In this document: in pieces, positions 47,831-60,288 of the stretch
Position numbering within the stretch: the stretch's first letter is position 1
Layout of the letters: each line of letters starts with the position of its first letter
Source: Zootoca vivipara
Lineage: Eukaryota
Direction of reading: 5' to 3'
NCBI RefSeq assembly: GCF_963506605.1
Contig: NC_083288.1
Span: 28,644,001 to 28,708,000 of the forward strand
DNA length: 64,000 nucleotides
Translations under genes and position numbers: made by a program
The notes under the pieces: model-generated
The model's database searches: none
What the model was told of the DNA's origin: nothing
The model's input: the letters and a program-made list of their open reading frames with translations, nothing else

Positions 47831-49393
47831 TGTATATCATGCTCTATATCATGCTGCATCCCAAGGAGTGTTGAATCACTGATGCTCCTAGGATTATGCT
47901 ACCATGGGGAATTATAGAGACAATGGTTTCAAAATATTGCCCATCTAATTGAGCTAACTAAAACACTTAGACTTCAGTTCCATGTTTTCATGAGAACAAA
48001 ATAGCAATCTATGCCTCCTGAAATGCTTTCCACTATATGTAGAGCATCCTGAACTTTTCATAGAAAATAAAATGAGACTTCATTAAAGGAAACAAGTATT
48101 GTATACATAAAGATGCTATCCTGTGCTGTTCTGGAGCGTTATTTTTCAGAGATTCATGCAACATGAATCCTTCTTCATATTCCATATTTTTATTTTTCTG
48201 AATAGTGAGCTGAAAACTTGCCTTTATTTTCCATTGGAAGGATTTCAGTCTTTCTCATCCAATACACTGAAGGCTTACTAGAATCCTGCATCTCAGTTTA
48301 ATACCAAATGCTGACAAAGGACATTCAGGAAGTTTGGAAAGACCAAAGCATTTAAAGGTATTAGTTATTTATATACTTTGCCATGTTAGTTTCATTGTCA
48401 TTACCCCACCTTAACAAATAATTGCAGTTAAAGAAACATTTTGGGAATTTTGATCTTGAACACTGACTGTTCCTCCAATCTGATCTGGTTCATTTGTATG
48501 GCTTAGAAGAATGCATAATGTCAGGGGCAGGGGAGAGAGAGAAGAAGCACTACACCTTCTTCTACTCAGCTATATGTTTTACAGCCCTGTATTTTGTTCA
48601 GTGTGCTGAATCAGAAGGATGGCCAAAAATACAGGAGCTTTCAAGAAACAATAGCATTTATTCTGAAATTCAGAAAGGAGAAAATGTCACCCTTGCTTAT
48701 TGAAGTGGTTTATCCATGAAATTGAGCATGTGTTATATGTACTAAAAAGCTATGTCAAAAGCAACTACTTCACTGACAAAATAAATAAATTTGTTTGTAA
48801 TGCAAATATTGGATCTTGAAACATATCGGTAGAAATACAGTAGTACATAATGCTGCTGAATTAAACTTCATAATATTACAAATTTGGATTTTTATGTACG
48901 TAATTTGTTTCACAGATATTTAAATGTAGGACACAAATTTATTAAATCATGTGTAATAGTGAAGTTGCTAAATTAGAGAGATAATTTAAAAGTCTAAGTT
49001 TCTGAGTTTTATTTTTGTAATTGATCATGGTGGAAATTATTCTCATTGTTTACTTCATTTTTGCCCATCAATTTCATGTCAAAAGGGATCTTTTAGGCTC
49101 ACCCCACCCCATGCTCAGTTCAAGAATCTTCAACACAGAAAACGTCAAAGGGTTTCAATTTTTCTAAAGCAAGCCGTGTGCAACACCATTTCCTTACATT
49201 TGATAATAGTGGATAAAAAACAAAAAGGAAACTTCAATAGATTTTTGAAACTAATCATTAAGATGTTCTCATAATTACGGTACCATACCTTCCCAAACCT
49301 TCTAGCAAAATACCATGCAAATATTACATAATGAGGTCCCTTTATCTTTCTTTCTTTTTTGTATGTCATTGCAGATAATATTTGAATCAGGAT

Positions 49394-50326
49394 ATGAGAG
49401 AAGAAAATGAGACTGAATTGACTGAGTTTATCCTCATTGGCTATTCTGGTCGGCCCAAGACAAGGATGGGACTCATTGTTTTCCTGACTGTTGTATATGC
49501 TATCACTATAGTGGGAAATTTTATTATAATCTTGGTGACCACAACTGATCCTCGGCTTCACAATCCCATGTATTTTTTCCTCAGTAACTTGTCCTTCCTT
49601 GACATTTGCTATGGATCTTCTTCAATCCCACAGTCCATTGCAAACCTTCTGGTGGACAGGCCCACCACGTCCTTTGCACTATGCTACTTCCAAATGAGTG
49701 GTGGTGCCTACTTAGCAGTGACCGAATGCTTCCTGTTGGCTGTCATGGCTTATGACAGGCTTATAGCCATTTCCAGCCCACTGCATTACATGCTAATCAT
49801 GAACAAGAGATTGTGCATTCAGTTAGCAGCTGGGACGTGGTCAATTGGCTTATTTTTAGGGGTTATTCCCATTTATGCCATACCTGCTCGCTTTTGTGGG
49901 AAAAATGTGATTGATTATTTGACATGTGAAGTCAAAGCAGTTATGAAGCTAGTTTGCTCAGATACTTCCATCAGCCAGCTGGTTATGTTCTTCACTGGGA
50001 GTGTCACTTTGCTTGGTCCCTTTAGCTTTATCCTTTTCTCGTATTTGCGCATAATTGTGGCAATTATAAGAATCCACTCAGCAGGGGGCAGGATGAAGGC
50101 TTTCTCCACATGTGCTTCCCACTTGACTGTAGTATCCATATTCTATGGCACCTTCATGTTCTCATATCTCCGCCCCCAAACTAAGACCACAAAGGATGTT
50201 GACAAGATAATTTCTATTTTCTATGGAGTAATGACTCCCATGTTAAACCCATTAATCTACACTCTCAGAAATCAGGAAGTTATAGGGGCCTTGAGAAGGC
50301 TTGTGGGAAAGAAAGTGGATTCATGA
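49394..50326 (+). CDS. Olfactory receptor, class II (OR13/OR2-like), 310 aa, intact; recent paralogue of 40307
   Basis: Same motifs. First ATG is 49394. Confidence 0.96.
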   Translation: MREENETELTEFILIGYSGRPKTRMGLIVFLTVVYAITIVGNFIIILVTTTDPRLHNPMYFFLSNLSFLDICYGSSSIPQSIANLLVDRPTTSFALCYFQMSGGAYLAVTECFLLAVMAYDRLIAISSPLHYMLIMNKRLCIQLAAGTWSIGLFLGVIPIYAIPARFCGKNVIDYLTCEVKAVMKLVCSDTSISQLVMFFTGSVTLLGPFSFILFSYLRIIVAIIRIHSAGGRMKAFSTCASHLTVVSIFYGTFMFSYLRPQTKTTKDVDKIISIFYGVMTPMLNPLIYTLRNQEVIGALRRLVGKKVDS

Positions 50327-52016
50327 AAAAGATAGCTTGGTCATAGTGAGGATGAAATTATTTTATGTGCCTCTTGATGTAATTGCTTCTGTTATTATCA
50401 CAATCTTAACAACTCAGCTACGGAATACATTTGAAACTAGGAAAGCTGATTGTGTTGTGTTAAAAAAAGAAATAAAGACTCATTGAAAATATAACTGACA
50501 TGCTAAAGATAAATCAATTGTTTTAAAACTAGTTTCTTTCATGTCAAAGCAAGTAATTTCTAACAGTATCTAAGTCTACCATTTGGGAGTAAATCTAAGG
50601 AAGTCATGTCCTTGGACTAGCACAATACAAACTAACTTAATAAAAAATGTTATGGGATTAGAATTTCTTCATTAGCATATAAATAGTTGAAATGGTGGTG
50701 GTAACCATGACTGATTGATTGAAGTTACTACAATTTTTAAATGTTGTACAGAAGTTAAATTACAAAATACCAGTCTGTAGGCTTAACCATAACACCCAAA
50801 TGCATTTGCTTTCCACTTATGCCCCTATTTCCTAGTCCCTTTGTATTTGGTTGTATCCAATGCTAGTCCAACTCAGAGAAGGCCCACTGAAGTCGATGGA
50901 CATCATTAACTTAGGCTCATTAATTATAACCAGTAAAAGGGTCATTCAGACACAATAGGTAAGACAAAAATGAGCAAATTCAGATACCAATGATTAAAGT
51001 TCCGTATTCATAAATGGTCCTGCAGTGACCAATTGTAATTGGCACAGGGGATACAATTATTGGAGAAAAGGAGCTAAAATGGCAGTTACTGATTCCAGCT
51101 AAGCAGGTGGACTTTTTTTGTCCTTTCCTCTCCCTCTGATTGCAACCCAAGGAAAATATCTGCACATAGAAACAGGAGAGGAGGAGCGAAATGGCAGCTG
51201 GTCAAAACCAAGCTGTTGGGTGGACCTCTCCTCTCTTTCAGATGCAGCTAGATGGAATGAATGTCAATTGAAACCAAGGAAAGGAGGCAAACAGTTGGTT
51301 TCAGCTGAATTAATGGAGTGTGTTTTAATGTCTGCCATCTCCCTCAGATGCAGCCAGCTTGTAAAACAGTGTAGCTGCTGAACAGGGATGGAGAAACCTC
51401 TGTATCTTCTGTTATAATACTGTCAGGTACTTTCATTCTCCATATGTTCATCTAGTGTAGGGGTAGCCAACAAGGTGGCCTCCAGATTTTGTGGACTACA
51501 TCTACTATCATCGCTGACCATTGACCATATTGACAGGGGTAAGGAATGGACATATCTGTAGATGTGGTTTTCTCTACTCATTTTTTTCCTATCTTAAGTT
51601 CAGGTCTCTGCATTTCTACATCACTTTCTGTTGTTTTCTTTATTATTTCTAATAAGTCTGTTACCCAGCTTTCCTGCAACATTATCACATCAAAAGGCAT
51701 TATGTACTCATGAAATGACTCATCCCCTACTTTGTTGGCCCAACCCGCTATGTTCAATGAAATAACATTTGGTCTACTCCCATCATCGGAAATTTGGCTT
51801 CATTGTGAAGAGCCTATTTTAATCAGCTCTCCCTCTGTCTCAGTTATAACACAGCCATTCTTGAGGTGTTTGAAGTGTTGTTCTTTCTGGGGTTGTTTTA
51901 CAGACTTGTCCAGATTGCCAGCCATCAGCAGTAGTCTCCAGTTGTTTGTGGCTTTCGAGGGATCAGAGTCAAAAATGATTAGATCTATCTCTGGCAGTCT
52001 TTCTTGGGTGGGGCAT

Positions 52017-52583
52017 TGTCGCGGTCACCCTGACCCGCGCAGCACCCCCGGACATTTAACTGTCTATTGATGACTGTGCCAACGACAAGTGGAATACCTG
52101 CTGCCACCAACCAGTATTCTAATTGGCACTTGTTAATCACTTCAGACCAGGATGTTGTTTGAAATAAAAATATGTTGCTTTATTGTAAGTACATAAGTGT
52201 AATGGTTTCAGTAATATTCTTATTAACGTTCCAAATAACAGATGTTTCCTATACCGGCCTATTACCGCTAATTATAAATATTACCAGCCTAATACCGCTA
52301 AAGTCAACTAAATGTTTCTGCAAATAAAAGCACTCAAACTCTCTATCCTGACTTCTCAATATCTCACCACCTATGCCTCCCTCAGTATTTAAACCAGCTC
52401 TATCTCTAACTCTCAACTAATGACCAACTGACTACCTGACCAACCGACTATCCGACCAACCGACCACCAACTGCCGCCAGGGGTGGGGTTTTTATACCCA
52501 GCCAGAGCCCACCCACTTGGGTTCTAACTGTTCTATTTTGTTAACCCTTACTAACCCGGCCTAACTCGATGCTGATCGCGACA
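52017..52583 (-). mobile_element. Solo LTR, 567 bp
   Basis: TG...CA ends with inverted termini tgtcgcggtca / tgatcgcgaca and perfect 5-bp TSD ggcat. Minus-strand TATAAAA (about 52490) upstream of AATAAA (about 52180). Confidence 0.9.
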
Positions 52584-54083
52584 GGCATCATCTGGCAGCG
52601 GGTGATCTGTGCTCAGCCCATGAAAATTGATTAGCATTTTTTTAATAGATGTGTACATATGTAAAATTTTATCCAATGAGTTTTTTGGTATGTTTTCTTT
52701 TTATTATTATTATTTTACTTTTGACAAAATAACAATCATAAATAAATAAGAATAAAAATTTGAACTCAACCACTGAGACCATTCCATTCTAAGTATCCAA
52801 CCTCCCAAAATTTCAACACCTTTATGGTTTCAGCCCTTTATGTTATAACAGTACAAATTCTACAAACACTTCCCATATCTCCTCAGAATCATTTCTCCTG
52901 CATATTCCCCATATTACCTTAATGGAACATGTTAATTTATCATTAATAGTTATATCCCACACCTCTTTATGCCATTCTTCCATTTTATGTTCTGCTTGCC
53001 ACTTCTTAGCTATCTTAATTCATGCAGCTGTCAATAAATTTGTGAGCAAGTCCTTCATAGCCTGCAAACCTTCCACCCCATCGTAAATTGATAATCATGC
53101 TACCTCTGAACTTCCGGTCGGCATTAACCCAGTGATTTCTCCTTAAACATACTTTGCCAGAAAGAAATGTATATATGTACAATTTTTCATTAACATTTAG
53201 TGCAAATTTCTCCTGATATATTCATTTGCTATGCAGTTTTCACTAAGGTATACATTTTTGCAAGCGATTTTGCAAATATAATGCATTTTGTATTAATATA
53301 TGCAGTTTTATGCTCAGTTTAATATATACATTTTGTTTGCTTTGAGACCTGTGTCACAAAATTCAGATACATGGGAATTTTGAGAGATAGTTGTGCTTTG
53401 GTTTGTGTTTTGGTTCAATAGGTGTGATTGTCCTTCGACAATCAGTATTTCACCTATCTAAAATTGTTGCATCATTACTAGGAGTATCAGTGTCAGCATT
53501 AATTGTAACCCAGCCTTGAAACTAATACAAGTATAGATCTATGAATATATATTTTTCTAAACAAAAATTTGGATGAGAACCTCAATAACAGTGGCATGCA
53601 TCTATTGCTCAAGTATTCCCAATTTGCCTTTGTTGAGATTTGAACATCTGTTAGGTCCCATCATGTACCCTGATATTCTTCCAAGTCAGAGTAAGAAACT
53701 ATGAAGCCGAGTACTTTTAATTTCCTGCAGAAAGACGTTTTCCCACTGGAGCCCAACAGCACTAATTAGGTCTTAACTTTGAATCCCATCAGGGAACATG
53801 TAGCACTCCAAGAAACTTAAGAATTGCTTCATAATGTAGTTGTTGCTTTAGTAGGAAAATATATCAAGGTTATTTTTTTCTTTAAATGTATTCAGGGAAG
53901 TGGTCATCAGAAATGGCCTTCTGTAGTTCAAATATCTCTCTCAAGCTAAACCAAAGCCCCCTTCAAAGTCTGACTGAGATTTGGTCATTTTCAGCTTTCC
54001 CTCTTGCTGATTTCTGCCAGGTCCCATTTATTCAAAAGTTGTGGGGAGGCAAGGAGGACAACTTCAGGAGAGGAGGCGGTTGA

Positions 54084-54843
54084 GCTTCGAGACCCCCAAG
54101 CACCCCCAAAAAATGAGACACAGTGACACGGGATTTGAGTTTAAGTTATTGGGCAAACAACTTTATTAAATACAGAATGTGAGTTATGTTGGCTTAGGCA
54201 TTGGAATCCCACAGACTATATCAGACTCCCTCCCACATCGCAAGGAGTCTGTTAAGGGTGAAACACCACCAGAGGGAGCCCCTCTAGCTCACCCCCAGGG
54301 TCCCTGTGGGGTCCTGGCATGGCCCTAGCCCCTACCACGGAGTTTTGGACAAGACCAGACCAACCCTTAGATTCCTTTAACAGAGTACCCTTGACCTTGG
54401 AGAGGTAGGTGATGGCCGCACCTCCCCTCCCCCACACATCGCTGATCCAATGCCTAACCTCCTAACCTTACAAAGTTGTGATGATTGGTACCTGGTAGGC
54501 GGAAACCAAATGGCCCTGCCAATCTGCCAGATGGGAAAATTCCTACCAGGCCCACGTTGCAAAACAGGCGACCAACAAAGTCTATAGCAAGGCCAGGCAC
54601 ACCAAAGGAAAGGGCAGATCGGCGGGTGTTCTGCTGCGCGAGGCAAAACAGGTCCAGCAAACATTGTTCAGGGCTTATATTGTTTCACAGCCACCCCCCC
54701 AAGCCAAGCAATTGTCTTTAGGGTCCAAGTGACCACAAAACGATCAACCAGAGCGGAACAGGGCTTAGCCCTGCCCATGCCGGATGGTGGGGCATGCTCA
54801 GAGATCCAATTGCAATGCGTACCCTCAGTGAAGAGGATCCGAT
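54084..54843 (-). mobile_element. Longest copy of the 'aataaagttg / ggcttaggcatt' repeat family
   Basis: Absent at the paralogous site about 43515 (ggcaggtgacagtggacag). Only ttga is shared at both junctions, and the ends are not TG...CA. Confidence 0.85.
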
Positions 54844-55422
54844 TTGACAGTGGACAGTAAGCCCCCAAGCATGCGTTGTGCCATCATAGACAGAGAGATA
54901 TGTTGTAATTGCTGCTGCTAACATATAATTGAAAGGCTTACTCTTTATATACAAATTATATTTGACCTTTCCCATAGTACACCCTCAAATAGAGTTATCT
55001 TACACAGTTCAAATGTTTCCAATATTGAAGAGAATTTCAGCAACTCCAGAATCACCACCCCCACCTTTCATCCCCAAACCCACACTTAACTGACCATCCT
55101 CACATTTCCCTTCCAAACCTTGTATTTAAGTGTTTGACTAAGAAGCTAACCAGGAGGAAGGATGGACAAATTATAACAGAACAAGAATGACCAAATCATT
55201 CATCAAAGAGACATTAAACCTACTAAGACCAGTTGCCCCAGTTCTAAGTGTCCAAGCATGATCAGAAATCCTCATTGCCTCTTATGGCCTCACCAACCCC
55301 ATACCCTCACTGTCCACGATATAGAGGAATGTGTGTAAAGGAGATTAGGTGGGGAAGCTTTTTAAGTCTGAGATCCACATTCTTACTCGAACAGCTTTCG
55401 GGGGGGGGGGGTGTCATGTATT

Positions 55423-55689
55423 CATAGCTGCCAAGTCTCCCGTTTTTCACGGGAAACCTCCGTATATTAAACCGTTTCCCGCTGGCAGACCAGATTGGGA
55501 AAAAATCCCGTAAATCCCCCAGAATTCCTACCTGCCAGGGAGGCTCCATTTTGGGTGCTGACGCAGCCTGATTTCCAGTGACCAGACATGGGTAGCGCGG
55601 CACCGGAAGTTGCTTCTATGCATGTCCAGACATTTGGTGCCGTGCCACTGCTGATCCCACATTTTTCAGTGGGAGACTTGGCAGCTATG
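55423..55689. mobile_element. hAT MITE, 267 bp (same TIR family as 16456)
   Basis: 19-bp TIR catagctgccaagtctccc / gggagacttggcagctatg. TSD catgtatt / cacgtatt. Confidence 0.93.
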
Positions 55690-56178
55690 CACGTATTAGT
55701 GTTGGTGAGGGCCAAGATAAAAGCAGTTGGGATCAGAGGCAAAAAGTGCAAGGAACAACATACAAAATACTTGCCCTTCTCCTAAAGACTGCATTCCTGC
55801 CATGAAAAAAATAATCAAAGGTTTATGCATGCATAGCTCTTTCTTCCATCAAAGCAAGCAGTTCAAGAATACATTCATGCACTCGAGGAGAAAGGTGAGG
55901 GGTCAAAGGCAAAGGGGTGTAGCATGGTGAGACAGAGTGCACATAAGAACTGCACACGCCCCCGGGATCTGAGATTCCACACCTCTGTAAACATGTAGAG
56001 TCTCTGTGGTTAGATGCTTCCGAATAGCATTTGCTGGAAAATGCAGGAGGAGAGAGTACACTTGTGCCCAGGTTCTGCTTGGGGATCTCCCATGAGCATA
56101 TGGCTTGCCACTGTGACAGCAGGATGCAGGACAGCAAGACCCTTGGTCTGAGTTCCTTTCCCTAGTAATAGTCCAAGA

Positions 56179-56314
56179 AAGGCATAGGTAAACTCGGCCC
56201 TCCAGATGTTTTGAGACTACAATTCCCATCATCCCTGACCACTGGTCCTGCTAGCTAGGGATGATAGGAGTTGTAGTCTCAAAACATCCGGAGGGCCGAG
56301 TTTGCCTATGCTTG
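56179..56314. mobile_element. hAT (Charlie-type) MITE (same family as 6116)
   Basis: aaggcatagg...cctatgcttg. TSD gtccaaga / ctccaaga. Empty site at about 44502. Confidence 0.92.
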
Positions 56315-57322
56315 CTCCAAGAGTTGGACACTACAGGGCAGGGCCAGTGGCTCAGGGTCTGAAGGCTTGACCCTGTTATTTCCCATATCCGAGTTACATA
56401 AAACCTCCAAAGGGCTACTATGTCATAGATAATAGTGACAATGTTAAATATGGCCCATAGTTTACTGGACGTATCTAGGCACAATTTAAAGTGCTGGTAT
56501 GGGATTTTTAAGGCCATCTGCAGGTTGAGAAAGGGCAATCTGCAAACAGTTAAATGTCCTCAGGTCTCAAGATCAGCATAAGAGATCCTGCTCATATGCA
56601 CATGATAACAATAAATGAATTCACTGGGACTAAGAGACCAGGCTTTCCTTATTGTCAACTCATTTTTGAGCAACTTTAACTCATCATGGCATAGTTAAGA
56701 GTGTTGAATCTGGGTGACCAATTCACACTTTCGCTCATTTTAACTTGATACAACGTTCCTTTTTAAACTGACTGTGTATAAATACATGAACTTGCTTGTG
56801 GGTTTGTTTTTGTTTTTACATTTTAAATTTACTGTAACTCTTCAAAAGACATACAAAAGTTTATACCCAGCACAAAGTATTTTTTAAAAAACAAACCAGA
56901 ATTTTAAAAAAATCTAATCTAAAAAGAAACAGGAGCAAAGAGAAGGAAGAAGGATAGAGAGATGGAAGAAAGAAAAAGAAAATATTACGGAAAAATAAAA
57001 AGGAAAGAAAGGAAAAGAAAAAGATGAAAAGACTTTTGATTCTCTGTAATCTAAATGTCATTAGTTGTTCAAAGTATTCACTCAAATGGACATAAACTAT
57101 TTTATTTTCTATAAACCAATTTTTTTCCAATCTTCTCTTTCATGCAAAAAGTTCATATGAAGTTTCCAATCCTTAATAAAAGTCTATAATGATTTGTTCC
57201 TGATTAAACATGTTAAGTCCAATAATTTTGTCAACCATTCCTCAAAAAGGACTATATCTTTCCATAATTTGCTTGTTATTTCCTTGTTGATTACATTTGT
57301 TTGTTTGTTTTAAATAATTCCC

Positions 57323-58243
57323 TTAACTTACCATAAGCTTTCTTAAAGCTCCTTTTACTTCTTGATTTCTGAGTGTGTAGATGAGTGGGTTTAACATAGG
57401 AGTCACAGTTCCATAGAAGAGAGAAATTGCCTTATCCAGTTCATGTGTGGTTTTAGTTTGGGGTTGGATATATGAGAATATAGCAGTTCCAAAGAAAATG
57501 GTTACCACAGTCAAGTGGGATCCACATGTGGAAAAAGCCTTCAGTCTCCCACCTGATGAATGGATTCTCAGAACAGCCACAATAATGCATAAATATGAGA
57601 AAAGGATAAAAGCAAAGGGAGCAAGCAATGTGAGGGATCCAATGAAAAACATAAGCAGTTGCCTCTTGGAGGTATCTGAGCAAGCAAGCTTCATAACAGC
57701 TATGAATTCACAGGTAAAATGATTTATCACATTTCTCCCACAAAAGCGAGCTGGCATGACATAATTGGGAATAACCCCTAAAAAAAAGGCACTTGACCAT
57801 GTCCCAGCTGCTAACTGAATGCACAATCGCTTGTTCATGATTAACATGTAATGTAATGGGCTGGAAATGGCTATAAGCCTGTCATAAGCCATAACAGCCA
57901 AGAGGAAGCATTCAGTCGTACCTAACCAGACACCACTGTTCATTTGCATATAACACATCACAAAGGACATGGTGGGTCTGTCCACCAGAAGATTTGCAAT
58001 GGCCTGCGGGATGGAACTTGTTGAATAGCCAATGTCGAGGAAGGACAGATTACTGAGGAAAAAGTACATGGGGTTGTGGAGTCGAGGATCAGCAATTGTA
58101 CCCAAAATAATAAGAACATTTCCCGCAATGGTTACGGAGTAGACAGCAGTCAGGAAAGCTATTAATCCCATCCTTGTCTTTGGTCGACCGGAATAGCCAA
58201 TGAGGACAAATTCAGTCACTGCAGTCTCATTCTCATCTTCCAT
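57323..58243 (-). CDS. Olfactory receptor, class II (OR13/OR2-like), 306 aa, intact
   Basis: MEDENET..., [50 protein letters not shown]. First ATG at 58243. Confidence 0.96.
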   Translation of the reverse strand: MEDENETAVTEFVLIGYSGRPKTRMGLIAFLTAVYSVTIAGNVLIILGTIADPRLHNPMYFFLSNLSFLDIGYSTSSIPQAIANLLVDRPTMSFVMCYMQMNSGVWLGTTECFLLAVMAYDRLIAISSPLHYMLIMNKRLCIQLAAGTWSSAFFLGVIPNYVMPARFCGRNVINHFTCEFIAVMKLACSDTSKRQLLMFFIGSLTLLAPFAFILFSYLCIIVAVLRIHSSGGRLKAFSTCGSHLTVVTIFFGTAIFSYIQPQTKTTHELDKAISLFYGTVTPMLNPLIYTLRNQEVKGALRKLMVS

Positions 58244-60288
58244 ATCCTGAAACAAGTATTATCTTCAATGACACTGAGAAAAGGGTCTGACTTGTTAATA
58301 GTATAGCATACATCTTCCACAGAGCATCTGAAATATGTGTTTAGAAAAGCTGCATTAATAATTCAGAAATTATGGTCACACATAGGTTTTCAGGCAAGAC
58401 AAGGAAATTTTCCCAATAGCATTTGAAAAGATAGAAATGTTGCCTAAGTACAGTGAAATGATGGAATTGATTCTGAATGAATGCTTTTTAAAGTAATGAA
58501 TATAAGAATTTGCTGATGGATGCATTGGGAAGAGGCACTAAAAATCAGGGGCAACTTTCAATCTTTCTGGAGAACGCAGCAAGGATCACACAGTCCAATT
58601 AATAACTAAATCTTGTACTTCGGATTTATGCAGAAGTCTCCACATTGTCTTAATTCAATTTGACTAATGGGAGAAATTTACTATGCTAACTTCCTTATGT
58701 TTATTTAGCCCAGGATTCAAGTTACAGTTTTGTGATTTCCACTTTCATTCAGGGAATCTCCCTGACCCTCCAAAAGAGCTGCAGAAGGATGATGGAAAAC
58801 TGTTCTTCTGCAAACCTCCGTAACAGTATAATTAAAGTGCTGCTTCCAAATTAAGTCCCACTAACATCAGAGATAACTAGGACTTGTGAAGGTCCAACAA
58901 CATGTCTAATCATAAGTAAAGACATACTGAATTCATTCAGATATACTCTAAGTTTATCTGGAGGTGATCAAACAAATATGATTTGTGGGACTGCATTTTG
59001 TGTGTGTTTACAATGGATCTCAAAACCAATAAATGCGGATGAACTAATTGCTTTTATTGCGCATATGAATTTTTGTTTTCCTTTTTTTATGCTTCCCAAA
59101 ATGTTTGACAAGATGATTACATAATTCAAGTTTGTTTTCTCATTTAAGAAGAGACGACCGCTCATTCAATATATATAGAAATATACTTTTAAAATAGACA
59201 TTGAATACCTTCAAATGCCTTTGACCTTCAAAGCATTTTCGATGTCCTTCTTCAGCATTTGGTACTAAAATGAGAGTTGACATTTTTTAAACCACTGGTC
59301 TTCACCTGGTGGATCATGATCCACTCATTGGTCACAGCCAGACCCAAGATGACCCTCCAGAGCAGTCTTTCTGATACGGAAGGTAAAAAAATAAGAAGCA
59401 GGTTGAAAAATTAATATTTGAAGTAAAGGTGTATCCTGAGTCTGAAAAGGTTTTATAACATTATGGGATAAAGGATTGCATTAGAAAAGTATCAATTTCT
59501 GATTCTTGGAGAGTTTCAAAATGTTCTCAGTAGAGAGAAGGACAATGCAGAAGGCATTGGATATATGTTTTGTTCATATCTGTGGGGAAAGAACCCTTCT
59601 CTCAGCCTTTTTCTTTGTTTATATTTTTAAATACATATCCTGCTTTCCCTTGGGTACGTAATCCCAGGAGCCTCATTGATTCAGCAGCCTCAAGAGCATT
59701 CTCTTGCAATGCAGAATTGAATCTGTACCTCCTCAAATTGCAAATAAAAATAAATACGGTGTGTTATATGTGGGGGCTGTCCATAACACAACAGTAGAGT
59801 ACATTTTAAATGAAAATTGCCCAACACCTCATGGTAGGGCTGGGCAAAGCTCCTGCCTGATATCCTGGAGAGCTGCCAGCAGTCACTGAAGACAATACCG
59901 AACCACATGGACCAGTGGTCTGAGCTTGTATAAGGCGACTTTTAATGCTCCTATGTTTCAGAGCAGTTCCAAACTCATCCCCCTCACTGTTTAAATCCCT
60001 TGATGAGCTGATTTCCAGACTCTCTGTATCTACATACATTTCTTAGAATTTGAATAGATTGACCATTGAATAACATGGATGGAGATACTTCTACCTAAAA
60101 ATGTTTACCTTTGACATGTCTACTAGATATGCAAGAATTTTTATTAGCAATATTAACAGAACAGGTCCAGACAAAACATTGCTCCCTGTTTAAATATACT
60201 TTTTAATGTGGCACCTTTCTCCTTCCCGGTTGTCTTCTTAATGCTCTAAAATAGATTTTTCAATAGTTGTAGAATCATTCATCCACTT

